A DNA stretch of 64,000 bases from Octopus sinensis (GCF_006345805.1 NC_042997.1:67332001-67396000), one strand, 5' to 3'; shown: positions 12,381 through 25,432, numbered from the stretch's first letter. A program made the numbers and translations. The notes: a model not told the origin generated them from the letters alone.

Positions 12381-12652
12381 TTAACTATATAAATGAGTTT
12401 ATGAAGCATCTCTTGAAATTAACACCCTAATTAACAGGAAGGAGCCTCTACATGGTTGCTCAACCTACAACTTGCTGATGTAATATTTTTCAAATAATGC
12501 TGTCATTTTAAAGAGAAAATACATCAGATAATGTAGTTCCAGATTCACTACAATTGGAAAAAGAGAGGAAGGTAGTCATAGCTGAAGTGTTTTGGGTCAG
12601 GACTGACCTGGGACTAAACAGCAAAAGGCTTAATTGAAAAGAGGTTACATAC

Positions 12653-12718
12653 TCTAGTTCTTCATTCTTTTCTTCAATCATTCCAGTTAACTTTCGAGAG
12701 ATTTTTGCTTTTTCTTCA
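12653..12718 (-). CDS. PTPN23: PTPN23 in-window exon 10 (BRO1/V junction)
   Basis: CTTTAG/GTATGT, 66 nt. (S)EEKAKISRKLTGMIEEKNEEL(E). Confidence 0.92.
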
Positions 12719-14217
12719 CTAAAGAAAAAAAAAAAAATTCATTCAGATATAAAATTTCATATTGTAGCTCATGAAGTTATTAAGTATTTTTTTTTCTTTC
12801 TCATTTTCAGCTACAATGTTTAAAAATTTTTTCAAAGATAAGAATTATGTGATACCTTAAATTGGTTAGATATCAAATATATTGAATGAGAAGTTTTTCT
12901 TTGTTGAGAATCACTATTGTACAAAGTTATGAACTATCCAAGATTGAAATATTTAGTAACTTTAAACAGGAAATCATGCCTTTGTAATGTTGTTGCTAGA
13001 TAATAAATACAGTCAACATGAAGATATCTGATATTGTGCTGTTTAGCATTTATGGATTTTTCTGCATGCTCTTCATGAGTAGCCATTTCTTTGTTATTTG
13101 TTTTTGCAAAATTTTGCTTTCTGTATATTCTAAATGTGCTGTGAATGTTGTAAAAATGTGCACAATTTCTAGTGTGTGTGGCATGCTTATGTTGTTGAGC
13201 ATGATAGTTGGTCATAACAGATGCTTAGAAAGGAGATGGTGGCTTTAAAAGACACTAAATTTTTTTTAAATCATTTATTTGAGGCCAGATTTTTTAGTTT
13301 CCTGTTAGGGTCTTAACCATGGTATTGTCTGTGTATGAAGATCTGTGTGTTTAGTAAAGATGTGGGAACATCATCTAAGCATCTATTAAAAAGAGTGGAT
13401 GGAAGAGAAAACCTTGTGGTACTCCTTTCAAGATTCAGGTTCCATTTGAAATAACATTTGCCATGTTGATAGAGGTCAGGTGTGTAAAGAGCAAATAATA
13501 TTTTGAGATAAAGTATTGCATTTACCTTGATAAGACAGGGGTTGTTGCTATTGTAACTTTCATTTTGTTTTGTTTTTATATCTATATTACTTTTGTACCA
13601 GAATATAATACTCTGTTAAGATGTTATAGCTGGAATATGGATGATGGCGAGATAGATGGAGGGATTGATGACAGTATGTATATGCTTAAAATGTTTATTT
13701 TGTGGTGTTAATTCTCATGCTTGCTTTTCTAGTGTTATCTTAAAATGAAGCACAAACTAAAATCATCTTGGAAACATTAACAAAAAGAGAAAAAAAGTAT
13801 ACAAGATTGCCATGTTTGGAGTACTGATCACAGAAAGTTTTTTTTTATTTTTTGCAATACAGTAAACAACTACCAAAGAGTTTTTAGATTAGCCTCACAT
13901 ACAAAGATACATATTGAAGCTGTACAAATATTTAAATAGAGAAAAGGTATTTTATACATACACATACAGAAAGATTAGTGAAATGAACAGCAATAAACTC
14001 AATGCATTCATATTTATAATCTATTTCTCATAAAACACCAAAGTCAAAATTAATGTTTATATTTACAATAGAAGATATCTTCACACACAGAGTTATAGAA
14101 CATTGTGGGAATGATAATACATGAACAAGATTAAAAAGAAAATGAATATATATAAGAATAAAATGTGAAGGGAGACGTGGAATGATTTGGGTTATGCATG
14201 TGTTCATGCCAACTAAC

Positions 14218-14332
14218 CTGTAAAGTGATGCTGCTTCATGGGCTTCTATTGGTACAAGTTTTTGGAAGATATCTGGGCCAGATATTTCTGGGTCATTGGG
14301 ATTAAAAGGAATTCCTTTAACTAGTGATGCAC
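14218..14332 (-). CDS. PTPN23: PTPN23 in-window exon 9 (end of BRO1)
   Basis: TTATAG/GTTAGT, 115 nt. (G)ASLVKGIPFNPNDPEISGPDIFQKLVPIEAHEAASLY(S). Confidence 0.95.
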
Positions 14333-14694
14333 CTATAAAGATTATAAAAATACATACATACATTATTATAAAAATACATACATACATACTATTTCATTTA
14401 ATATTCTCCAGATAATGTATGCATGCAGCAGATATATTAGCCTGCTTGACAACTGTTACCATAGTAATTATACAGGGGTTATCATGATATATGATGTGTA
14501 ACTGGAGCAAATGTACCATCAGCAGCTTTAATTAAAGCCAACTAAGCCAAGTAAGACTCACTGATCACAGATACACATATATATGAATATGTGCACACGC
14601 ACACAAAGGCAATTATGCAGATAAATAAGATACATCAAATGCAAAATATGGATATATGTATACATGCAAAATGAGAGAAAGTAAAAAATCTCCA

Positions 14695-14880
14695 CGTTTT
14701 GCGTGACCGTGTGTGTACCGTTGGCGATTTTTTTCCTCCGTCTTCCCTTCTCTGGATCTTTCCGACGAAGAGCTCCACTCGTAACGTTAAACCTTCCTTC
14801 TTTCCTGAGCATCCAATAATACTATAATTGTTCCACGTCCTCGCATTTTTTTTGTACTTTCTTGTTTGGATTAACTTAAT
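14695..14880 (+). mobile_element. Penelope-like element terminal-repeat fragment with a degenerate hammerhead motif
   Basis: CCGACGA-AGAGCTCCACTC-GTAACGTTAAAC resembles the minimal PLE hammerhead layout; locally CpG-rich. Family call is from recollection only. Confidence 0.45.
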
Positions 14881-16324
14881 ATATTTGATATATATCCAAT
14901 TTGTTTATCTGCATAATTGCCTCTATACCCACTCAGCTTGATTCCTCTTATAGCTTTTCTTTACCTTGAAGAATGATCTGTAAAGATAGAGTCTAAGCTT
15001 TAAAGTTTTGAGCACTACTAAGTGTCTTCTATACAGAGAATCTCTGGATTTCATCTGTGAAGTAAGAGTGTGAGTGTGTGTGTGTGCGCGCGCATGAGTG
15101 TGAAACAAAATGAAATAAAGCAGAGGCTTACATGTGAAGAGATTAAAAAACTTATTACTACTTTTCTTCCCTAGATGGATGAATCACTCAAAATATAGAA
15201 TGAATTAAAAACTCATCAATTCTTTCTTCACATTATTTCTTTGCTTTCTTATCTCACAATGCTTCAAGTGAACTACTATGCCCTTATATATTTTCTCCTC
15301 AGATGTTTATACCATGAAGTAAATAAAAAATTTAAAAAACACAAATAAACTGATCAACAAGTGGGAGTTAACAGAGAAGAAGGAAATATATGCAGGAATG
15401 ATAAGAACAAAATGTAGTGAAAATGTTTAATGGTTTGTATGAGCCAACAATTTGTTACATATGCATTCTCAACTATGAATATGTTGGATACATGAGAAAC
15501 AAAAATTTATTCTCTTCACTTCAGGATGGATCTCGTAATTACTATCAACTGTTTGAGAAAACTTAAACAAACAGTGATAAAAAAAAAAAATGCTGTGTGA
15601 ATGACATTGCTCTAAATTTGTCTACTGTGAACCTTGCACCTGCTTCAAACTAGTGAGAAGTTTGTGCCTCTTTTGTTTTTTGTTGTGAGCTTTATAATTT
15701 TCTGTCATATACATAATATATGCACAAGCACTCACAACTGAAAGCTACATTTGATCTTATAAAATTTATTTCTAAATACTAATGAACAAGGAGGAATGGT
15801 AAGAAAAAGAAACAAAACAGGGATGTTAAACACTACTGGGAAAAAACTGATCTAGAAATTAAGTCTTTCACACAAAGTGGTTCATACAAAGTCTGAGAGG
15901 TCAATGGATCTGTGCTGGTGATCAAAAACTTTTGATAGAGAGCTACAAAGTTCAGGAATCAATAAAATTAAATTTTAAATATGTATAATCCAGGAATTTA
16001 TAGTGCTAGAAAGCTCTTAAATCAAGCAGCTTTTCTGCATCATAAAAGAAAATATATAGCAGACAACTTGTTCATAATTTGGCAATTTTCCTATGCAATG
16101 AAGGTACAAAATAACTGAAAATATTTTCAGCATTTCCTCTTATCACATCTCTTATTTTTTTCTGACAGAAATGTATTAAATAGATTAACAAAACCAGTTT
16201 ATTTCTTCACATTTTTACTATTCAGATCTGATGAACATTAGTTGAAACTATGTGTGCAAAAATCAAATTCCATATATTTTATTCCTGTGTGTATAATACA
16301 CACAAGTGCACATTATATACACGT

Positions 16325-16337
16325 GTGTGTGTGTATG

Positions 16338-16386
<49 letters not shown>
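16325..16386. repeat. (TG)n-(TA)n microsatellite
   Basis: Directly visible. Confidence 0.95.
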
Positions 16387-16391
<5 letters not shown>

Positions 16392-16774
16392 GAAAAAGGA
16401 CAGCAAAAACCAAGGTAGGACAGGTATCTCAACTCATTTAGAATATTCAATGAGGGTAAGGTGAATTTGAAGTCTTACAGCTGTTTCTCAGATATCCAAA
16501 GTTTTAGGCTAGCATGTCTGTACACTGGGTGTTCTGTCGTCAGAGACAAGGTATGTATGATAGATCTAGACAGCGAGATTCAGTTTATAAGGAATAGAAT
16601 AGTAGATAGAATACAGACAGGCGAATAAAGTTCACAGTTCATCTTCTTCCATAGGGAATGACGGTTGGTCTGTACTTCTGAGAAGGTATAAGCCCTTTAG
16701 GTGTAATCCCAGGTAAATCCAGGCAGTAGTTTTAATGTGTTCATGTTGAAGGAATAGAATTATATATATATATT

Positions 16775-16935
16775 GCAGAGATGATTGTGCTTCCCCACCA
16801 CATGGTTTCGGGTTCAATTCAACTGCATGGTACTTTGGGCATGTGCCTTCTAAGGACCAAGCTAAGTCTTGTGAGTGGATTTGGTAGATAGAAATTGAAA
16901 GAAGCCCATCATATATAGAGGTGTGTGTATGCATG
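16775..16935 (+). mobile_element. SINE family A (tRNA head plus CORE-like body), partial
   Basis: CCACATGGTTTCGGGTTCAATTC (B box), GGTACTTTGGGCA, GTGAGTGGATTTGGTAGA; homologous to 41317-41678. Confidence 0.8.
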
Positions 16936-17689
16936 CAAGTGTTACTGTCTCATTGCTCTGACTGTTATGGTTGTGAGTGACACTGTTATCCAAGCAGTAT
17001 CCTTTTCTAATCTTCTATAAACACACACACACACACCAAACACTATCCAACATTTCCTCCTGACTATTTTGAGGGTTTACATTTTTATTTTGATCTTTTT
17101 AACAATAAAAATAATTTCAACAAAATCTGTCAAATATCAGTGTGTTTAGTTGACAGCAGTGACAATTTGTATGTCTGCAGCTTTAAGTGAGGTGTAGTTG
17201 TACACGTTTCTTAATTTGTGCATATGTATGTATGGAATCTAATTTTGATGCAGTCTGTATTTAATGCTTAACTACAGAATGGAACTGAAGACAATCTATG
17301 ATAGCAGAAACATTTATAAGGCAATTGACTAATAAACTATGGAATGAAATTGAATACTAGTATATACAAAACATTTATTAAAAAAATTCAATTCTTTGTA
17401 AAATATTTGACTGAAAAATAAATTTTTCAAATTAAGTGTGATACACATATATTACTGATATATGTTTTTAGAATTCCCAGTTCAATGGGGCAGCTACTAT
17501 ACTTCACTCATAGGAACTGTAGGTTTGAAGTTCAGCTATATACATTTTTTGTGATATGAAAATAAGGATGTACTATAGCATATTAAGATTTGTTAATGTG
17601 TTACCAACAGTCATTTGGTTACACCAAATTATATAGATTATCTCTCCAATTTTGTTCCATAGTTAAGATTATTTTCAATACATCTTCAT

Positions 17690-18385
17690 GCATTATGCCT
17701 ACCTCTTGTTCCGAAAGACCCTGAGTAGGGAACAGTTTTAAAAAACTACAGAGTGATACTATCTAAGGCTTCTATTAAACCATGTCAAGGGACCCACATC
17801 ATTTACAGCCTTATGTATGGTTGATAACACAGTATGTCAAACATCTCCAGGCTTGCTATCTCAGAGGTCTGACAGAGGCACAAATTGCAGGTCTCCTATG
17901 CAACTGAGAAACCTCTTCTCCATCATGTTGGTGAACTGTGGATTGTCAAATCTAAATCAACTTCTTCAAAGAATTCAATATCAGTGTGACGGCAATGTCA
18001 CGTTCAATGATGACATCTTCAATGAGGCATTAAGATTAATAGACAAGGTTCAATCACTGGGTGGAAGCAAACTTGAAATCTATGGTAATGCTAGAACCAG
18101 GCTGCTTATCCCAAGGATACCACCCATCTCAAGAGCTTCAGTCCCCTTTCTCCTTTAGTCACAAGCAATTTGTCAAACCAGCCTTTGCCCTTACACGCAA
18201 CAAAGCACAAGGACAGACATTTGAAAAGATAGGTATATATATCTACAAACACAATTCTTTGCACATGGTCAGATGTATGTTGCATTATCAAGAGTGTCAA
18301 GAAAAGAAAATATAAAAATATTAACCCAGATAAATGAATAGGGTACATTTTCTGACAATTGTGTCTACAAAGAAATACACCTATT
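17690..18385 (+). mobile_element. Helitron RepHel remnant, internally deleted (post-Rep region fused to helicase C-terminus)
   Basis: YLRLLLNHVKGPTSF..VDNTVCQT, then SPMQLRNLFSIMLVNC...FNEALRLI, then LIPRIP...KPAFALTRNKAQGQTFEKIGIY (Pif1 motif V region) and DNCVYKEI, all with frameshifts. Confidence 0.85.
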
Positions 18386-18553
18386 GCATACATTTTTTTG
18401 CATGCCTTTGCCCCTGTCACTGTCCCACCACCACCTCCTACTACTCAAGTAATACCATCAATTGAAGCAAATTTGGCACCTGGAAGTAAGTTTTGTAACA
18501 GGAATAGAGAAGCCTACCTTCTCCTGCAGAGATGTGAAAGTCATACCTCTCCT

Positions 18554-19177
18554 GGTCAAACTAAAGCGTTTGACCCGTTCATAAAAACAAACAAAAAATA
18601 GTGTAATAGGTGTAAAACAACTTCCTCTAAACGAATATGACCAAAAGAATGTGCGCTCACGAAAGGGGGGTGGGGGAGAGGCCTCGGAAAATTCACATCG
18701 TGACTGTTACGTGTCTGACCTGGGCACTAAAACAAATAGTGTAATAGGTGTAAAACAACTTGTTCTAAACGATTATCAAGAACATATACGACAAAGAGAG
18801 AAATGGTTGTGCATTGAACTGAATTTAAATAAGCAAGAAAGATATAAAAAAAACGGCCATAGCACCATCTTTAGTATCTGTTGTTGTTGTTATTATTATT
18901 ATTATTATTATGGAGTTGAATATGTGTGTGCGTGTGTGTTCTTGATAATCGTTTAGCGGAATTTACTTTACACCAATTACACTATTTTTTTAATATTTTT
19001 TCCAGCCCGGGTCAAACACTATAGTTTAAAGGCCATGGACTGAAGATGTGAATTTTCCGAGTCCTCTCCCCCACCCCCCTTTCGCAAGCGCGCATTATTT
19101 TGGTCATATTCGTTTAGAGAAAGTTGTTTTACACATATTACACTATTTATAACCGGGTCAAACACTTTAGTTTGACC
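18554..19177. repeat. Inverted repeat, arms 18554-18699 and 19045-19177
   Basis: The reverse complement of the right arm matches the left arm apart from a short A-rich indel and scattered substitutions. Confidence 0.9.
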
Positions 19178-19398
19178 CCTCTCCTTTCGAATACATGAAC
19201 GTTTCAAAACATTGTTTACAAATAATAGCTGATCATTTGCGAAGGAGTGTGTCTACAGTCATCACGTAGTCTTTGCTCTGGTAACGCTGCTCTCTTCCCC
19301 ATGTTCACGCACACCAGCTATATATCGCTATGAGTAGAGCAACGGATTCACAATTTGGAAATTAGTTGTGGAAAACGGAGAATATCGTTTTGTTGCCC

Positions 19399-20082
<684 letters not shown>

Positions 20083-21392
20083 AACACCTGTCTGTCATTG
20101 CCAGTAAAAAGACGAAATTTAAAAATCTGCTATCTCTATCTCTCTCCCTACCTCTCTTTACACCGTCACTAGGAGGGGACTTAACTCATGTTTGCTTTGT
20201 AAACAATGGTAGCTTTCGCCATTGTAAAAATTTAGAAGTTATGGCTCAAAATTATTTACCGCTATTTGCGGGTGTCTAGGGGGAAAATAATTTGACGAAA
20301 ATACAGCTAGGATCATGACGAATGTCCTCCTAAAATTTGAGCGGCATGCGTGTTAATTTGTGGATGTGCATAAATTACAAAAACGTACACACACACACAT
20401 CTTACCTTATATATATACAGATGTATCATATCTATATGTAATATCAATATGTGTAATACATATACTAGCAGAAAAACTGCCCAGGAGAGTAACATATCAA
20501 AGGAGTTGAGTAAAATCAACACAAGTCAATTTTGAGGGCTTAGTGGTTTCTGGAACAACGAGAACATTGCAAACAATTATCCAAATGTTAGGTTTGTGCT
20601 GACATCTTTTTGCTTGAATTTTCAATATGGTTGGAACTGGATTTCAGCATATAAATACTCAAAAATACTATTAAGCATAAGAAACTGACTTAGCATCAAT
20701 GAACAAGGTGGCCTAACTTGTTCAATTAAAAAAGCATTTTAGTATCAGATCACATTTTTTATTTATTTTTATCACTGTCTTTGATTTCTAATAATAGGAA
20801 ATGTTAACATTTGAAATGTTCTTTTTTGTATTTTTTATTTTATGTTTCTGATCAAAAAAAAAAAAAGGTTAAGCATCTTCGAACATGTACATTTTTTTTC
20901 TTATTGAAAATATGTGGTAAATTGGCTATTTCATTACAGCATCAGATGGAATTCATTGCAATATTTTTTCATACCTCTGTGCTTCAAGATCAAATGCTAT
21001 CAAGACCAACATTGCCTTTCAAGATCAAGAGATAAAATGTTAAGATTCTTTTTCTCACCTCTCTATCTTTAAAATAGCTATGCTGAGGCCAAGAAAAGAA
21101 CATTTACATCACAACCCCCCTCCAATCTTTTTACCACCAATATGGACCTAATATGAAAGCGAATCATTTTTTTAATGAATACATGTAAATTCACTTTTGA
21201 TTTCACTCTATGAAACTGGGATTACCATACTGTTTTACTGGGTGTGTGACTTACTGTTGGTCTCATCACAGTAAGTCTGGGATAGGGTCAAGAAGATTCA
21301 AAAGTCTGAGAATACCCCTTCTAGAAAAGAAAAACCTAAGAAATATCAGGATAAGGGGAAAAAAATTTTTCAATTAAATAAATCAAAATTAC

Positions 21393-21472
21393 CTTTTACT
21401 TCAGGGAGACATTCTAAATCGGGCACTTTTTCATGATATATAAAATCATTATCTTTCTTAGCTGAATCATAT
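21393..21472 (-). CDS. PTPN23: PTPN23 in-window exon 8 (KDNDFIY motif)
   Basis: TTTCAG/GTAATT, 80 nt. (K)YDSAKKDNDFIYHEKVPDLECLPEVK(G) contains the conserved BRO1 KKDNDFIYH motif. Confidence 0.95.
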
Positions 21473-21989
21473 CTGAAAGTACAAATTTATTTAACAATGA
21501 TGAATTTCACTACAGAAATGATCACCTTTAAAATGTTTATATATATATTGCATTATAAAGTAATAGGCCTAAATACCTTAAAGAAATAGGGCAATTAGTT
21601 GCATAGCTAGGGTACTGGACAACTAACCAAAATGTCAGTAGTTCATATTTTGGGATCAATGCTGTATTGAGTGATCAAGATAATTCTCAACAGCCAAACT
21701 CACCAGGTTCTAAGTAGGTGCCATGAATACGTAAACAGCTGGAGGAATTGGGTACACTAAAATTGATAGAATCACTAAGTTATTCATTAGCTAGCCACAC
21801 CAACTCTTTTTATGGGAAAGGGATTTATAAGAGTGTCTTAGTCAGGAAGGGATTTTTCATTTGTTTAAAACTATGAAAATGGCAGACAAGTACGAGTCCT
21901 TTATGTCATTGTGATTAAGAACAGGGTCACTTATTAGATAGATACTTTGAAAACTTGATATATATTTTTATAACAACTTAAAACCTATT

Positions 21990-22620
21990 AAATCTGTTTG
22001 TATACATTTGTCTGACTACCTTCATGATGTAGAACTGTTCCCCTGGTGATAACTAAAAATAACATCATTATACATTAACTTCATTCTGCTGCCTCCATTT
22101 TTACCAATATTTCCATGCCTATCTTTGCTTTTATAGCTATCACCCTCACTAAGCTGTTCTCTATGCTATATGTTTATTTCCTCCTACTTTTCATCAAATG
22201 CTTCAGTTAGACACTCCCTAAATTTCTGTTTGCAGGGTTTTTAAGATTTCATATCTATCTCTTCTAAACGGGCTTGTACAGTCTTCCCTTTGCATTAACA
22301 AGCATGCTGTTTTCTGCTAAGAATATAGTTAATCTGGCTTGTATGCCAACCAGATTAAAAGAGGGTTGGATGACTGACTGGTTTCTGAAGTAAGTGTTTC
22401 AGCACATCAAATCATTTGCATCACAGAACACCAGCAGCTTGTTCCCCTCTTCATTTCTAGAACCAAAATTGTAACCTCTGTGCATACCCTGGAATTCACT
22501 GGGATGCAGCCCAACACGTCTTTTAAAGTCACCAACGACTATAAAGTCATTGTCATCAAAGTAATCTGCAAAAGTGCTTAATAAAGTTGGTCCTTCAGTT
22601 TGTCAACCAGCTCAGATGTG
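21990..22620 (-). mobile_element. Old RTE endonuclease-region fragment
   Basis: The - strand reads FIVVGDFKRRVGLHPSEFQGMHRGYNFGSRNEEG, homologous to FVAGDFNGHVGRHAGGFHGVHGGYGYGSRNEEG of the 7078-10645 element. Confidence 0.7.
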
Positions 22621-23664
22621 GAGCCTAGGCAGAAATGACATTTTTTTTTATCTAAGATTAGTCTTACACTATGCAATTATATGACAAATGCTGGCACCAA
22701 ACAAAGCTAAACAGGGTCAAAAATAAGGTTTAAATTCCACTTAGAACAGCTTAATTCATTTACATCCCTACTGCCTTTGAAAAAAGGTATAAGCTGAACA
22801 AATTTATATTTATACCCACCTGTACATACTCTAAGTTTATAAAAAGCAACTTAAACTTACAGCCAGTTTCCTATTGGATGATTATGAAATAATGTTTGAA
22901 AATCAATTTTAATTTTCTTCAAGTCCTGGGACCATGATAAAGTGCATTCAGTAAATGATTGGGGAACCATTGGAGAAAATGCAGAGTTCAGGAAGCTCTT
23001 CAATGTGATTAAGAGCATGACAACCTCACTCATGTTGAGCTTATAACAAAATGCACCAAGTACATTCTGTTAACTGATTGTAAAGGAATCCAGTAGTAGA
23101 AACCATGCCAAAACAGAGTAGATGATTGAGACATGATCCTTTAAACTATCTACAAGAACAATGACTACAAATAAGAACTGACAGAGGCTGCAAACACTTC
23201 CCAACCAATGCCAATGCAAAAAGCAAAATGTAAAATGATGATGAGGAGGGTGATGAAAATATTCAAAACAGTTTTGAAAACTAACAACAACGAATATGAT
23301 TTTTTTTTACAGTATATTTGCAAGAAATGTGATAAAACTGAATGTGAATTTTTTCACATGGATACAATAGCTCAGATTTGCAATAAATGTGATAAAACTG
23401 TTATTTAGGTGCTGTTTCTATTTTATGAGCAATTTAATTGAAGAGAAATGGTTACAAGTAGAAAATGAAAACAATGAAAATTTTATATGCTTCAGTAGTA
23501 CAGTAAATTTTATAACAATCTCTTTGGGGGATACAAGCCAACAAAGGAACCTCCACACAGTCATTTGACCAACTAGAAGGAAAAGGAAGCAAAAAGAAAG
23601 AGACAGTAGAGACTAGTGGAATGACTTTGGCAAAACAGATTCAATAAAAAAAAAGTTTACTTAC

Positions 23665-23717
23665 TTGCCTACAACAACATCGTATGTAAACTGTAATGGT
23701 TCTTGCATGTCATCAGC
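23665..23717 (-). CDS. PTPN23: PTPN23 in-window exon 7
   Basis: GCGCAG/GTAAGT, 53 nt. ADDMQEPLQFTYDVVVG(K); phases fit both neighbours. Confidence 0.88.
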
Positions 23718-24174
23718 CTGCGCAAAAGATAAGAAAATTACAATTTAGGATTAACAGGTGTAATGTTAGTGATCCAGGTTAAAATAGCTCAATTTACTTC
23801 ATTTTAATGTCTGATTTTTCAAACATCTTATATAATTCTCCCACTTCAAAATATTTTTGGAACTGTTCTAAAATAAAAGAAAAATAGTTGCATAACCCCA
23901 TTGTAAGCCCTGAGAGAATAAGCATATGGCTCCAATATATATAAGGGGTCTGAACTGATGAGGATCAAACTGCATACTAACATGCAGTGCTTTAATTTAT
24001 AAGTGGGGGAGGTGACATTCTACACATGTAGTCACTGGTTCAGGAAGCATGCTGTTTAACTCTAAGTAAACTGGTCAAGCATTAATCAACAGCATCCCTG
24101 GTCTTTTAGGACAATCTAGGACTACATTATGTAAAATGTTCTTCCTTTTTCCAAACAGAAATGATTGAGAGATT

Positions 24175-24310
24175 TGGCTGCTGAGTCCACCATGGTCAAG
24201 CAACCATGTAAAGGATTCCTCATTAGCTTAAAGTAACAATTTTCTTGTCCAGGAAGTAAGTCCAAGTCGGTTGCATGGCAACTAAGTTCTCTATCAATGG
24301 ACCACTGATA
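24175..24310. repeat. Unclassified dispersed repeat, copy 2
   Basis: Same orientation as, and clearly homologous to, 11880-12005. Confidence 0.8.
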
Positions 24311-24968
24311 CCAACATATGCCTACAGGTTCTGATGATGACCTTAACACAGAAACAATGACTACAACTGACCATTGTAGCTCTTCTGTTCCTAGCTCTGT
24401 TAGTATACAACCCAGCATAGTATTTGATGGTTAATGGAGGTTATTAATGTTATTGTGTGTATGCACATTTTATGATTTTCTAGACTAAGTGAGACAAATA
24501 AGGTTTTTAGGATGATGTTATAGCAGCATTCCAGTTTCTGGTTTCAACCCTAAAATAGGCCTATGATCAAAAAGGTATTCCAGTCTTGATAATTATATAT
24601 TCAAGTACATTATTGTATCTAAGATTTCATCTTTTTTTTTTTTTTTAAAGAGAAATCTGGTTGCTATTTCTGGCAGGTTAAGTGATTAAGTAGAGAATCA
24701 AAGGATTACTACATTTAGGATGATTGCATCCAAAATAATTTTTGATGAGTCTTGCTCTTTTTTGTTTCCTTTTGTGGAAGTAAGGTATCGCTTGAAAGTG
24801 ATAGTTATTTCTAGCAAGTAGAGAAACAACATGGCAGTTCCTTCATTAGCTCTAGTGTGTTGCTTATATTGGGAGTGTGTTTAAATCTATAACATTAACG
24901 AGTTCCATATTGCTGTTTAGTTATCTTCAAGGCCTGTACAGTTGAGCCTTATAAACATTGTCGTGTTG

Positions 24969-25101
24969 GTGCATGTGTGCATGTGCACATACATTACATG
25001 CATGTGTGCGTATATGTGTGCATGCATATGTATGCACATGTATGTGTGTGCATGTGCACGCGCGTATGCATGCATGCGCATATGCGCATGTATGTGTACA
25101 C
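24969..25101. repeat. Alternating purine-pyrimidine tract (TG/CA/TA/CG mosaic)
   Basis: Uninterrupted RY alternation over 24995-25101 by manual reading. Confidence 0.9.
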
Positions 25102-25221
25102 TGGAAGTGTGATTTTATGTATATTATGAAGATTTCTACTATGATTTAGATTCACCTGCATTATTGTAATTAGCAATTTCATAATTCCTGCATCATTAAT
25201 TACAGTATTGCAATATAAATA

Positions 25222-25432
25222 AAGTGGTGGCAAGGTGGTAGAATTGTTAGCATGCCAGACAAACCACTTAGAATTTGAATGTAATGATGAATGAAATACT
25301 GCAGACAAGCTTGTCTTTGCCTTTCATTGTTTCAGGGTTGATAAAGTAAGTACCAGTTGAGCACTGGGGTCAGTGTAATTGACTAGTCCCTCTCACCCAA
25401 AATTTTAGGCATTGTGCCTATGGCAGAAAGAA
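25222..25432 (+). mobile_element. SINE family B copy
   Basis: GGTAGAATTGTTAGCATGCC head; TTTGCCTTTCAT...GATAAAGTAAGTACCAG...CACTGGGGTC...AAAATTTTAGGCATTGTGCCTA 3' part. Confidence 0.75.

Noticed and set aside
16228-16256. CTGATGA...GAAAC hammerhead-like spacing
   Set aside because: Stem II cannot pair beyond one base pair and no stem I or III is evident.
24333-24372. ATGATGA...CTGA box C/D-like pair
   Set aside because: Too short for a snoRNA, no convincing terminal stem or guide, and antisense to the host transcript.
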